Assembly (NCBI GenBank): GCA_035565615.1
Contig: DATMSB010000114.1
Coordinates: forward strand, 989-64,988
Reading direction: 5' to 3'
Length of the DNA: 64,000 bases
Origin: Vulgatibacter sp.
GTDB taxonomy: Bacteria; Myxococcota; Myxococcia; Myxococcales; Vulgatibacteraceae
This document shows, piece after piece, positions 9,275 to 25,600 of the stretch; within the stretch, counting starts at the first letter, position 1; the number at the start of each line of letters is the position of its first letter. The translations under genes and the position numbers were made by a program. A model generated the notes under the pieces. It saw nothing but the letters and a program-made list of their open reading frames with translations. It was not told the DNA's origin and did not search any database.

Positions 9275-10363
9275 TCAGCGCGGAGGCACGAAGGCCCGGT
9301 TCTCTTCGGCCGCCGCCTTGGCGTCGAGCCCCTCCATCGCCGACTTGAGGCCGGCCAGGGACGCCACGAACGACGAGGCCTCGTAGGGGATGAAGAGCTT
9401 GTTGGCGGGGCCCGCCGCCATCGCCTGCAGGGCCTCGACGTACTTGAGCGCGAGGACCTCCGGCGTGGCGCGGCCCTGGTGGATCGCGTCGAAGACCTTG
9501 GCGATGGCCTCCGCCTCGCCCGCGGCCTTCAGCGCCTTGCCGCGCCCCTCGCCCTCCGACTCGAGGATCTCCGTCTCCCGGGCGGCCTCGGCGGCCATGA
9601 TCCGGGCCAGCTTGTCGGCCTCGGCGCGGAGGAGCTCGGCGGCCTTCTCCGCCTCCGCCTCGAGGATGCGCGCGGTCTTCTGGCCCTCCGCCTGCAGCAC
9701 CTTCGACTGGCGCTCGCCCTCCGCCTGGAGGATCTGCGCGGCCTTGAGGCCCTCGGCCTGGGTGACGCGGGCGCGGCGCTCCCGCTCCGCCGTCATCTGC
9801 AGCGCCATGGCGTTGCGGATCTCGAGGGGCGGCTCGATCTCCTTGAGCTCGACGCGGGTGACCTTCACGCCCCACTTCTCGCTGGCGTCGTCGAGGACCT
9901 CGCGGAGCCGGGTGTTGAGGGTGTCGCGGGAGGTGAGGGTCTCGTCCAGGGTGAGGCTGCCCATCACGTTGCGGATGTTCGTCTGGGTCAGTTCGTGGAT
10001 CGCGCGGGGCAGGTTCTCGATCTCGTAGACTGCCTTCACCGGATCGATGATCTGGTAGTAGATCACCGTCCCCACCTCCATGGTGACGTTGTCGCGGGTG
10101 ATCACGGGAACCTTCTCGAAGCCCATGATCTGCTCGCGGAGATCGATCCGAGGGGTGGAGACCACCATCCGCCCTTGGCCCGTCATGTACATGGACCGGG
10201 TGCTGTCGAGCAGCGGGATGATCACGTTGAAGCCGCTGCCCAGCACGCGGTGGAACCGGCCCAGCCGCTCGACGATCATCGCCTGCGACTGCGGGACGAT
10301 CCGCACGCCCATCATGATGGTGACGAACGCGAACAGCGCGAGGACGATCAGGATCACAGTCAT
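9275..10363 (-). CDS. SPFH/band-7 (stomatin/QmcA-like) membrane protein
   Basis: N-terminal TM, IVERLGRF, VITRDNV, WGVKVTRVELKEI and AEG-rich coiled coil. ATG 10363 overlaps the nfeD stop (ATGA). Confidence 0.92.
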   Translation of the reverse strand: MTVILIVLALFAFVTIMMGVRIVPQSQAMIVERLGRFHRVLGSGFNVIIPLLDSTRSMYMTGQGRMVVSTPRIDLREQIMGFEKVPVITRDNVTMEVGTVIYYQIIDPVKAVYEIENLPRAIHELTQTNIRNVMGSLTLDETLTSRDTLNTRLREVLDDASEKWGVKVTRVELKEIEPPLEIRNAMALQMTAERERRARVTQAEGLKAAQILQAEGERQSKVLQAEGQKTARILEAEAEKAAELLRAEADKLARIMAAEAARETEILESEGEGRGKALKAAGEAEAIAKVFDAIHQGRATPEVLALKYVEALQAMAAGPANKLFIPYEASSFVASLAGLKSAMEGLDAKAAAEENRAFVPPR

Positions 10364-10845
10364 CTTCCGACTCCCTCTCTGCGGGCCCCCGGGATCCGGT
10401 TCACCCTGAGTGTCAGCCCCTCGATGGCCTCGACCCGTACCCGCTCGCCGACGTCGATGGGCACGTCGGCCGCCGCCGACCACGTCTCGCCGCCCAGGCG
10501 GACCAGGCCGCGCTTGGCGCCGGGGCCGATGGCGTCCGTCACCTCGGCCTCCCGGCCGATGATGGCGTCGGCGTTGGTGCGGACGTCGCTGCTCCGGGTG
10601 GCGAGGTACTTGCGGAAGAGCGTCCGCGACAGCGCCAGCAGCACGAAGGACGTGGCGATGAAGGCGCCGAGCTGCGTGTTGAAGCTGGCGCCGAAATACG
10701 CCAACCCCGACGCGACGACGCACCCGGCGCTGAACATCACGATGAAGAAGCCGCCGGTGAGCGTCTCCGCGATCCCGAGCAGGATCGCGAGGGCCAGCCA
10801 GAGTTGATAGGCGTGGGTGGGCAGGTAGCTGTCCAGGCTCGACAT
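10360..10845 (-). CDS. NfeD-family (YbbJ-like) membrane protein
   Basis: Three TM helices, then an OB-fold C-terminus (GLVRLGGETWSAA...VRVEAIEGLTLRV). Directly upstream of the SPFH gene. Confidence 0.88.
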   Translation of the reverse strand: MSSLDSYLPTHAYQLWLALAILLGIAETLTGGFFIVMFSAGCVVASGLAYFGASFNTQLGAFIATSFVLLALSRTLFRKYLATRSSDVRTNADAIIGREAEVTDAIGPGAKRGLVRLGGETWSAAADVPIDVGERVRVEAIEGLTLRVNRIPGARREGVGR

Positions 10846-10869
10846 TCGCTCCTCTGGAGGAAGGAGCGA
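10846..10869 (-). promoter_or_regulatory. hairpin sequestering the nfeD Shine-Dalgarno sequence
   Basis: mRNA reads UCGCUCCU-UCCUCCAG-AGGAGCGA-AUG, an 8-bp stem that pairs the AGGAG SD. Confidence 0.4.
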
Positions 10870-10947
10870 TCTTCGCAGTTTCGGCGTGAGGAGTCGAGCG
10901 TCAGCTAGGCGTGGGCCCGGTCGATCGCCAGGGGCGAAGGGCGGGGA

Positions 10948-11271
10948 TCAGCGGGCGCGGGCGGGGGCCGGCGTGCCGACGTCGACGCGGGGCTGACGCG
11001 CGCCCGGGGCGATCTCGTCCAGGTGCTCCTCGAACCACTCGTCGGCCAGGCGCCCCGTGAAGATCACCGAGTCGGCGAGGACGGCGGCGAGGTAGAGCAG
11101 GCCGGCGCCGGCGACCGACCAGAGGGCCGTCGAGGTCGAAGAGCCGCCGACGGCCGTTTCGATCGACGCCGACGCGCCCCACACCACGGCGATGGCGCGG
11201 ATGATCTTGGTCGACCAGTGCTGCGAGCGTGGCATCGAGAGCGAGTCGTTCCAGTTCTTCGTCCAGTCCAT
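10948..11271 (-). CDS. small hypothetical membrane protein (107 aa)
   Basis: ATG 11271 (MDWTKNW...), two hydrophobic segments, coding-like codon usage. Divergent from the priming transferase. Confidence 0.5.
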   Translation of the reverse strand: MDWTKNWNDSLSMPRSQHWSTKIIRAIAVVWGASASIETAVGGSSTSTALWSVAGAGLLYLAAVLADSVIFTGRLADEWFEEHLDEIAPGARQPRVDVGTPAPARAR

Positions 11272-11470
11272 CGTGTACCTGCCGTGTGAGGAACGCTCCC
11301 TTTCTACCCGGCGGCGCCAGAAAGCGCAAGGATTCCAAATGGTTACACTGTATGCGCGGGTGGCCGCAGGTGCGAACGTGTGGTCGGGCGGCGCCGGCCC
11401 GCGGGCGTGGGGAGCGCGGAATCTCCCGTGAAATGCGTGACTTGCGCGTCCTCGGTCCGTGACATGGACG

Positions 11471-11486
11471 TGGGACAGACCCTGCT
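11471..11486 (+). promoter_or_regulatory. candidate sigma54 (-24/-12) promoter
   Basis: TGGGACAGACCCTGCT has GG-N10-GC spacing and lies 47 nt upstream of ATG 11534. Confidence 0.4.
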
Positions 11487-11533
11487 GCGAGGTGCGTGTA
11501 GGTAGTTGGGCCACGCAGAGAGGGAACGTCTCC

Positions 11534-12943
11534 ATGCTCAAGCAGAACGCACGCCTCGTCGATCTGGGGCTCCGTCTCACCGACTTGATCGTCCTCACGC
11601 TGACCCTACCGCTCGCGCACTGGGGCTACTCGGTCGCGCCCATGGCCCGCGCGGTCGCGCCGCCTCTGGCGGAGCTGTGGGGACCCTTCGTCGGCGTGCT
11701 CCTGCTGTGGATCGCGATCTCCGGCTCCTTCCAGGTGTACGGCGCCTACCGCACGCGGCGCATCTCCTGGGAGATCTTCCGCATCGCGAGGTCGATGGGC
11801 CTCCTCGCGCTGCTCGTGCTGGCCGGGATCTTCGTCGCCACGGATTCGAGGCTCCCTCGCATCTTCGTGGGCCTCTACTTCCTGGGAGCCTTCGCGATGA
11901 TGGCGGCGAGTCGTTTGGTGCTACGCGTGGCGGCCCGGCTGCTGCGCCGCCGCGGCTACAACGTGCGGCGGTACGCGATCGTCGGCGTGGGGATCGGCGC
12001 GGAGGAGATCGCGACCATCTTCGAGCGGCAGCCGCAGTGGGGCTACCGGCTGGCGGGCTACATCCTCCCCGACGGAAACGAGTTCGTGCTCCCGGGCGAG
12101 ACGATCCTCGGCACGCTGGACGAGCTCGATCGGATCCTCGATCAGCACGTGCTCGACGAGGTGGTCTTCGCGGTGCCGCGCGATCGGCTGCCCCTCATGG
12201 CCGACGCGATCCACACCTGCGAGGAGCAGGGCGTGCGCGTCGTCGTCTCCCTGCAGCCCCTCCAGCTCGGCACGGGGCGCATGTCGCTCCTCGAGCTCTC
12301 GGGCCTGTCGATGCTCGTCTTCGACCGCACCCCCAGCGATCCGATCGCGCTCGCGGCGAAGCGGGCCTTCGACGTGGTGGTCAGCGCGATCGCGCTGGTG
12401 GCGCTCTCCCCGCTCTTCGTCGCCGTGGCGGCGGCGATCAAGCTCGATTCGAAGGGGCCGGTCTTCTTCCGCCAGACCCGGGTGGGCCTCAACGGCCGCC
12501 CGTTCTCGATGGTGAAGTTCCGCTCCATGTACCAGGACGCGGAGGCGCGTCTGCAGGCCCTCCGCGATCAGAACGAGATGAGCGGGCCCGTCTTCAAGAT
12601 GAAGAACGATCCGCGGATCACGCGGGTGGGGCGCATCATCCGCAAGCTCTCCATCGACGAGCTGCCGCAGTTCTGGAACGTGCTCACCGGGACGATGAGC
12701 ATCGTCGGGCCCCGCCCGCCGCTGCCGGCCGAGGTGCGCCAGTACGAGCGGTGGCAGCGGCGGCGGCTCTCGGTGAGGCCGGGGATCACCTGCACCTGGC
12801 AGGTGAGCGGGCGGAACTCGATCCCGTTCGATCGCTGGATGGAGCTGGACCTCGAGTACATCGACAACTGGTCGCTCCAGCAGGACCTGAAGATCTTCCT
12901 GAAGACGATCCCGGCGGTGGTTTCCACGCGCGGGGCGCGTTGA
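11534..12943 (+). CDS. polyprenyl-phosphate glycosylphosphotransferase (WcaJ/EpsZ-type priming sugar transferase)
   Basis: N-terminal TMs, Rossmann-like middle domain, and the PGT core KRAFD...FRQTRVG...KFRSM...[21 protein letters not shown]...[12 protein letters not shown]...DLEYI. Confidence 0.93.
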   Translation: MLKQNARLVDLGLRLTDLIVLTLTLPLAHWGYSVAPMARAVAPPLAELWGPFVGVLLLWIAISGSFQVYGAYRTRRISWEIFRIARSMGLLALLVLAGIFVATDSRLPRIFVGLYFLGAFAMMAASRLVLRVAARLLRRRGYNVRRYAIVGVGIGAEEIATIFERQPQWGYRLAGYILPDGNEFVLPGETILGTLDELDRILDQHVLDEVVFAVPRDRLPLMADAIHTCEEQGVRVVVSLQPLQLGTGRMSLLELSGLSMLVFDRTPSDPIALAAKRAFDVVVSAIALVALSPLFVAVAAAIKLDSKGPVFFRQTRVGLNGRPFSMVKFRSMYQDAEARLQALRDQNEMSGPVFKMKNDPRITRVGRIIRKLSIDELPQFWNVLTGTMSIVGPRPPLPAEVRQYERWQRRRLSVRPGITCTWQVSGRNSIPFDRWMELDLEYIDNWSLQQDLKIFLKTIPAVVSTRGAR

Positions 12944-12974
12944 CTTCGTCGGCGCGGGGCTTCGGTCAGTCCCC

Positions 12975-13853
12975 TCAGAGCTCCGCGTCCAGGAAGCCGA
13001 CCAGAATCTTCTCGTATTCGTCCGGAGCCGCCTGATCGAATCCGCCGTGCCCCGCGCCCGGGACGAGCCAGGTCCGGCTGCCCGGCGGAAGCGCCTGCTC
13101 CAGCAGGGGGATCATCCACTGTCCCTCGTCCTCGGATCCCGCGATGAGGAGCACGCGCCTTGGCGCGATGGCGCCGAGCACGTCCACGGGTCGGACGGCG
13201 TCGAGATCGATGCCGCGCAGATAGTAGGGGAGGAGCGCCCCCAGCCACGAGGGCAGGCCGTGGCTCGGGAAGTCGAGCTCCAGGTTCTCGCGAAGGCTCG
13301 TCCCGGGCGAGAGGAGCACGACGGCGCGGAGCCCCCGGTCGCGGGCCGCCGCGTGGGCCAGCGCGTTGGCGCCGATCGAGAAGCCGATGGCACCGAGGCG
13401 CTCCCGATCCACCTCGGGCCGCCGGCGCAGCCAGTCGGCAGCGGCCTCGATGTCGAGCTGCTCCTTCTCGCCCATGGTGACGGTCGAGCCTTCGCTCTCA
13501 CCGTGGCCGCGCAGATCGAAGAGGAGCACGCCGTATCCGGCACGCACGAGGTAGCGGGCCTCCGGCAGGAGCCCGAGTCGCCCCTGACCGAGCCCGTGTG
13601 CGAGGAGCACGGTCTTGCCTAGGCGCGGCGGAACGAACCAGCCAAAGAGCTGCAGGCCGTCGCTGGTGCGGAACCGAGCGTCCTCGATCGGGCAGCTCTC
13701 ACCGGGCGGGCAGAGGTCCTTCGGCCGCTCCGGTCGGTCGCGCCCCACGTGGAACTGTTGGTCGCTTCGCATCGCGCCGCGGCCGATGAGGGCCGCAAAG
13801 GCGAGGACGCCGATGCCCATGAAGGCGACCAGGACGCTGCGAGCAGATCTCAT
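12975..13853 (-). CDS. alpha/beta-fold serine hydrolase with N-terminal membrane anchor/signal
   Basis: Hydrophobic N-terminus, [13 protein letters not shown], nucleophile GFSIG, then D (GSED) and H (GAGHG). ATG 13853 overlaps the PPTase stop. Confidence 0.85.
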   Translation of the reverse strand: MRSARSVLVAFMGIGVLAFAALIGRGAMRSDQQFHVGRDRPERPKDLCPPGESCPIEDARFRTSDGLQLFGWFVPPRLGKTVLLAHGLGQGRLGLLPEARYLVRAGYGVLLFDLRGHGESEGSTVTMGEKEQLDIEAAADWLRRRPEVDRERLGAIGFSIGANALAHAAARDRGLRAVVLLSPGTSLRENLELDFPSHGLPSWLGALLPYYLRGIDLDAVRPVDVLGAIAPRRVLLIAGSEDEGQWMIPLLEQALPPGSRTWLVPGAGHGGFDQAAPDEYEKILVGFLDAEL

Positions 13854-14581
13854 GCGGCACCCTCCACGACCAGATCCTCTCCGCTCCACAAGTGGAGCTG
13901 CGGCTCGCCTCCCTCGACGGCGAGCGCGGCGGCGTACCCTTCCGGTACGGGGAGATCCCGCAGCCACCAACGGCGCGGGTCCATCCCTTCGAGGAGCCGG
14001 GCATCGTCCCGGGCGAGGGTCACGGAGAAGGTGGTGGTGGGTAGGAGGAAGCCGCCGCCCTCGGCCTTGAGGATCGCCTCCTTCCGCGCCCACAGGCGGA
14101 AGAAGGCATCGGCCTGCGCGGAGGGCTCCATTTCGAGGAGCGCCGCCTGCTCGCGGGACGAGAAGACGGTGCTCGCGATCGAATGGATATCGACCCCGCT
14201 GTGTCGCTCGACGTCGACGCCGAGCTCGCGGTTGCGCGCGATCGCCACGAGGACCAGGTCGCCGGAGTGCGAGACGTTGAAGCCGACGCGGACTCCTGCG
14301 TCGGGTGCGAGCACGGGCTTTCCGTGTGGACCTTCTGCCAGCGGCACGCGCACCGGGCTGCAGCCGAGGATGCGGCCGAGGAGGAGGCGAAGCGAGACGC
14401 GGCCCGCCCGAAACCGGCGGCGGTCGATCTCGGCCCGAAACGCAGCGGAGCGCCGCCTCTCCCCCTCGTCCAGAAGGCCCTCCAGCCCCGCACCCGCGCC
14501 GGCCCCCGAGACGTCGATCCCGATGACGTGGACCGACCCTTCCGCGAAGTCGTCTGCGGCGAGCGCGGGCCAGTCGTTCAT
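13850..14581 (-). CDS. Sfp-type 4'-phosphopantetheinyl transferase
   Basis: GKP, FNVSHS, GVDVE and WARKEA motifs. ATG 14581 overlaps the upstream stop. Confidence 0.93.
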   Translation of the reverse strand: MNDWPALAADDFAEGSVHVIGIDVSGAGAGAGLEGLLDEGERRRSAAFRAEIDRRRFRAGRVSLRLLLGRILGCSPVRVPLAEGPHGKPVLAPDAGVRVGFNVSHSGDLVLVAIARNRELGVDVERHSGVDIHSIASTVFSSREQAALLEMEPSAQADAFFRLWARKEAILKAEGGGFLLPTTTFSVTLARDDARLLEGMDPRRWWLRDLPVPEGYAAALAVEGGEPQLHLWSGEDLVVEGAA

Positions 14582-15435
14582 GTGCCAGTCCGCAAAGATT
14601 GCTTCTCGCCGAATCGTTCCTCGATCCAAACGGCGAGCCGCTCCACCAGGGTTCGGCGGTGGTCCAGCACCGAGAAGAGGTGGTCGGCCTCCGGAACGAA
14701 GATCTCGTCGATGTGGCCCCGGAAGTCGCCCGGCAACATCTCGAAGAACTGTCCGCCGTAGCCGTAGGTGGGGTTGGCGCCGCCGGAGTAGACGGCGAGG
14801 ATCTGCACGCCGCGGTGCACGAGCTCCTCGAGCTGCCGCGAGAGCAGCTCCGGCGTCGGATAGTCGCGTCTGAAGATGCGATCCTCCTCGCCGATGCCGC
14901 GCTGCTGCTCGGCGGTGAGGCGAAGCCGTGCGAGCACGCTCCGGGCATAGCGGCGCCAGCGGCGGAGCGAGAGCAGCCGGGTCATGTACCAGCGCACGAG
15001 GAAACGGCGGGTGCGATAGGCGTAGCCTTCGATCCAGATCATCCCGGCCACGCGGGGATCCGCGAGGGCGACGCCGTGGGCGACGTCGGTGCCGGAGCAG
15101 AAGCCGATCACCACGAATTGCCTGACCCCGTGCTTGCGTTCGAGGTGGTCCATCGCGTCGCGCATGTCGAGGACGGCGCGCTCGGACTCGCTGGCACCGC
15201 CGATGCGGACGGCGCTGTCTCCCATGCCGGAGAGATCGAAGCGAAGCACGGGGAAGCCACTCGCGGCGAGGCGTCGGGCCAGCTCCACCCAGATCCGTCC
15301 CGGCCCGACGCGGGTCTGGATTCCTACGTTCGTCAGCAGGATCGCCGGCGCGTTCGCGATCCCGGCGGAGCGCGGCTCCGTGAGGATGCCGGTCAGGCCG
15401 CGGCGGGGCCCGAAAGCTTCGACCCGCTCCTTCAT
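14578..15435 (-). CDS. alpha/beta-hydrolase with Cys nucleophile (resembles exosortase-A-associated hydrolase 1)
   Basis: RVGPGRIWVELARRLAASGFPVLRFDLSGMGDS, elbow GFCSG, His in EADHLF. ATG 15435 overlaps the upstream stop. Confidence 0.8.
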   Translation of the reverse strand: MKERVEAFGPRRGLTGILTEPRSAGIANAPAILLTNVGIQTRVGPGRIWVELARRLAASGFPVLRFDLSGMGDSAVRIGGASESERAVLDMRDAMDHLERKHGVRQFVVIGFCSGTDVAHGVALADPRVAGMIWIEGYAYRTRRFLVRWYMTRLLSLRRWRRYARSVLARLRLTAEQQRGIGEEDRIFRRDYPTPELLSRQLEELVHRGVQILAVYSGGANPTYGYGGQFFEMLPGDFRGHIDEIFVPEADHLFSVLDHRRTLVERLAVWIEERFGEKQSLRTGT

Positions 15436-16180
15436 ACCTTTCCCTCTTGGAGCGCCGCGACCAGGGTGCGCAGCACCTCGTCTCCCAGTGCGCCCGAGGG
15501 TGCCGCCGGCTGGATGCGGAGCTCGATCGCCCGCGCCTCCCTCTCCAGTTGTCCGGCGAGCTCCCGCTGGTCGGGCCTGTCGTCCGCGGCGAGCATCACG
15601 ACCCGGCCCTTGAACCCGTCCGCCGCTCCGAGCAGGTCGAGGCCCGAGAGATCCTGCCGCAGGCCGTGCACCATGGGATACCCGAGGACGGCGTTCTCGT
15701 CGCGGGGGACGGGATGGCGTGACCAGCGGCGGCGGTCCTCCTCGAGGTCCTCCAACTCCTGCAGGTAGCGGCTTCCCCGTACCACGGGCTCCCACAGGAC
15801 GACGTCGCCCACGTCCTTGCGGGCGCAGGCCACCTCCAGCGCCAGCGCCGCGCCCAGACGAAGCCCGACGAGCGAGACGCTCCGCAGGCCGGCGAGCCCC
15901 TTGAGCTCGTCGATTGCAGCGCCGACGTCCCTTCGCCACGTCGCGAGGGAGCCCTCCTCGAGCTCGCCGGCCGAATCTCCGGTTCCCGTGTAGTCGAAGC
16001 GAAGGACGTGGAAGCCCGCGTGGGCGAGGCGTACCGCCAGTTTCCGGAAAGGCCAGTGGGCGTGCTCGTACTCCATGAAGAGCGGATAGCAGAGCACCAC
16101 GCCCGAGCGGCGATCGGCCGCGTCGGGCGGGTGGTAGACACCGAAAAGATGGTGCTCGCCGGGACCGAAGAAGAAGGGTG

Positions 16181-16184
<4 letters not shown>
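15432..16184 (-). CDS. catalytically degenerate alpha/beta-hydrolase (resembles exosortase-A-associated hydrolase 2)
   Basis: LRFDYTGTGDSAG and elbow GLRLG (Arg at the nucleophile position), no obvious C-terminal catalytic His. GTG 16184 overlaps the NRPS stop (GTGA). Confidence 0.78.
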
Positions 16185-22591
<6,407 letters not shown>

Positions 22592-22611
22592 GTTCGCTCC
22601 AAAATGACGGT

Positions 22612-25600
22612 TCAGGCCTCGAGCTTGACGTAGCGTCCCGGCCGGTCCGGGTCCAGTACGTACCAGGCGGGATTGCCCTCCGGATCACGACCGAGCCGCG
22701 CTCCGGGAACTGGGGGACGGCTGGCGTCGAACTCCGTCACCTCCGGCCGCGCCGGCGCCGGGAGGAAGCCGCCGTCCTGCAGCTCCGCGATCGCTTCGCG
22801 GAAGGCAGCGATGATCCGATCCACGTCGGCGTCGGTGTGCGCGGTGGTCAGGAAGCAGGGGGCTCCTTCGTAGACGTGCACACCGCGATCGCGAAGCGCG
22901 TAGTAGAGGAGGTCGCCGAGCGGCCGAGCGTCCTCGTAGACGGGCCTCCACATCGAGGCGAAGCGCTCGATCCGGAGCGGCGCACCCGCGAGCGTGAAGT
23001 GCGCGTTGAGGGTCGACGTCAAGCGCTCAGTGCGAGCGTTCAGCTCTTCCTGCAGCGCGGGACCCCGCTCCACCAGGTGCAGGAGCACCGCCTTCGCCGC
23101 GGCCATCGCCAGCGGATGGCGGACGAACGTCCCGGCGAGGCAGGTCACGCCGACGGAGGGAGCCGAGTCGTCGCCGAACTGCCAGGCGCCCCCGTCGAGG
23201 GCGTCCAAGAAGCGCCGCGATCCCGCGATGACCCCGATCGGCATGCCGCCGCCGACCACCTCGCCGTAGACGGCGATGTCCGCCCGGACGCCGAAATGCG
23301 CCTGTGCCCCGCCGGGATGGGAGCGGAAGCCGGTGATCGCCTCGTCGAAGATCAGCGCGGTACCCGCCTCGGCCGTGATCGCCCGGAGCTCTTGGAGGAA
23401 CTCGTGCGGCTGGAGGTCCGGCCGTCGACCCTGCACCGGCTCCACGAGCACCGCCGCCAGCTCCGAGGCGCGGTCGCGCAGGACCTCGAGAGCTCGGGGC
23501 TCGCCGTAGTCGAGGACGATCGCATCCTCGGGCCCCTCGGACAGGATCCTCGTAGCCGCCGGCAGCGCGCTCGCGATGTCCTCGTCGAAGATGCCGTGCG
23601 AGCTGCCCGAGAAGAGGGCGACGATGCCGCGACCGGTGACGGCGCGGGCCATGCGCACGGCGCCGATCACCGCCTCGGTGCCGGTGTTGCAGAAGGCCGC
23701 GCGCTCCATTCCCGTGAGCTCGCAGACGAGCGAGGCGACCTCGCCGGCCAGCGGCGTCTGCAGGCCGAGCTCGAACCCGTTCTCGAGTTGCTCCCGAATG
23801 GCGCGGACCACCGGCTCGGCGCCGTGGCCGAGGAGGTTCGAACCGAAGCCATTCAGCACGTCGACGTACTCGTTCCCGTCGACGTCCCAGACGCGCGACC
23901 CGCGGGAGCGGACGACGACGAGAGGGTAGGCGAGCTCCTTGGTCGCGGGGCGAAATCCGCTCACCACCCGAGGGTCGGCGAGGCGATCCCGGGACGCCTG
24001 TGCCGCCGCCTTCGAGCCCGACGTGCGCGCGCCGTACCGGCGGACGAAGCTGTCGAGGCGCGCCTTCTGAACCGGCGTGAGTTCCGGGGCGGACCCCGCG
24101 TGGGGGCGGGCGACGGTGCCGAAGGCCTTCTTCACGTCCTGGCGGACGGGACCCCGCTCCTCGTCCGACGCATCTACGGCCGCCCTCGCCGCTGCGGTCG
24201 CTGCAGGAACGGGTGCCTGGGCAGGATCCTCTTGCGTGAGGGGCTCGAGCGGGGCGTGCGCTTCCTGCGAAGCGGGTGCCACCCCGAGGACCGCGAGCTG
24301 CCGGGCCATGAGTTGGAGCTGTTGCTGGATCAGCGCCTGGATGTCGATCCCGTGGGCGGTGGTGGCCGGGAATCCTTCGAGGGTGGGGAAGGGGGTGGCC
24401 GTGGAGAGGTCGTTCACGGCGGGCAGGCCGGCGGTGGGGACGCTGCCTGCGGCGGGCAGGGAGGTGCCCTCGACCGGCGGCGCCTTCCGCTCCGATGCCG
24501 GTGCAGGCTCCGCCGGGAGCGAGGCATCCAGGTGGGCGGCGAGGGCATCCAACGTCGGGAGCTCCGTCATCAACTGGCGGAAGGTGATCGAGGCCGAATA
24601 CTTGCGTGAGATGGAGCGGGCGAGCTGCGTCAGCATCAGCGAATCGAAGCCTAGCTCCAGGAACGTGCCCGAGGGCTCGAGGTGCTCGCTCTCGATTCCG
24701 GAGATGTCGGCGCACAGCGCCCGCAGCTCGTCGAGCAGGCGGCTGATGCGGCCGGTGTCGCGGGGTTCCATGGCGGGAGGTGCCTCCGCGCTGCGGGGGG
24801 AGGGGGAAGCGGCTTCGGGAAGCGCGTTGGTCGTGACCCAGTGGCGCCGTCGCTCGAAGGGATAGGTGGGAAGTGGCAGGCGGTACCGCTCCCCGTAGGC
24901 GTGCAGGCTTTCGAAATCGAGGGGAAGGCCGGCGCAGAAGATCTCCCCCGCAGCACCGAGAAGTGAGGTCCACTCGTCGTCGCCCATGGCGGGGTTGCGC
25001 AGCGAAGCGACGCCGAGCTGGTCGCCGCGCAGCCGCTGCCGCGCGAGGGTCGTGAGCGTCGCCCGGGGACCGACCTCGAGGAGCAGGCGCGACGGCTCCT
25101 CCAGGAGCACGCCGAGCGCGTCCGCGAAGCGTACCGGCTCGCGAAGGTGGCGGGACCAGTACCCCGGATCGGTGGCCTCGCGCTCGCTCATCCAGCCGCC
25201 GGTGACGGTGGAGACGATGGGCAGGCGCGGCGCATGGAGCCGGACGGAGCGGACGGCCTCCTCGAAGGGTTCGACCACCGGATCCATCATCGGCGAGTGG
25301 AACGCGTGGGAGGTGACCAGCGGGCGGCAGGCGACGTCCTCCGCCTCGAGGTCCTTGCACAGCGATTCGAGCGCCTCGACCGGGCCCGCGACCACGCACT
25401 GGGTGGGTGCGTTCAGGGAGGCGATGGCGAGGTCGGGCGGGAGTCGCTCGCGGATGGCATCCGCCGAAGCGCGCACCGACAGCATGCCGCCCGGCGGGAG
25501 CGATTGCATGAGGCGACCGCGCTCGGCGACGAGGGCGAGGGCATCCTCCAGCGAGAACACCCCCGCGATGCAGGCGGCGACGAACTCCCCGACGCTGTGT

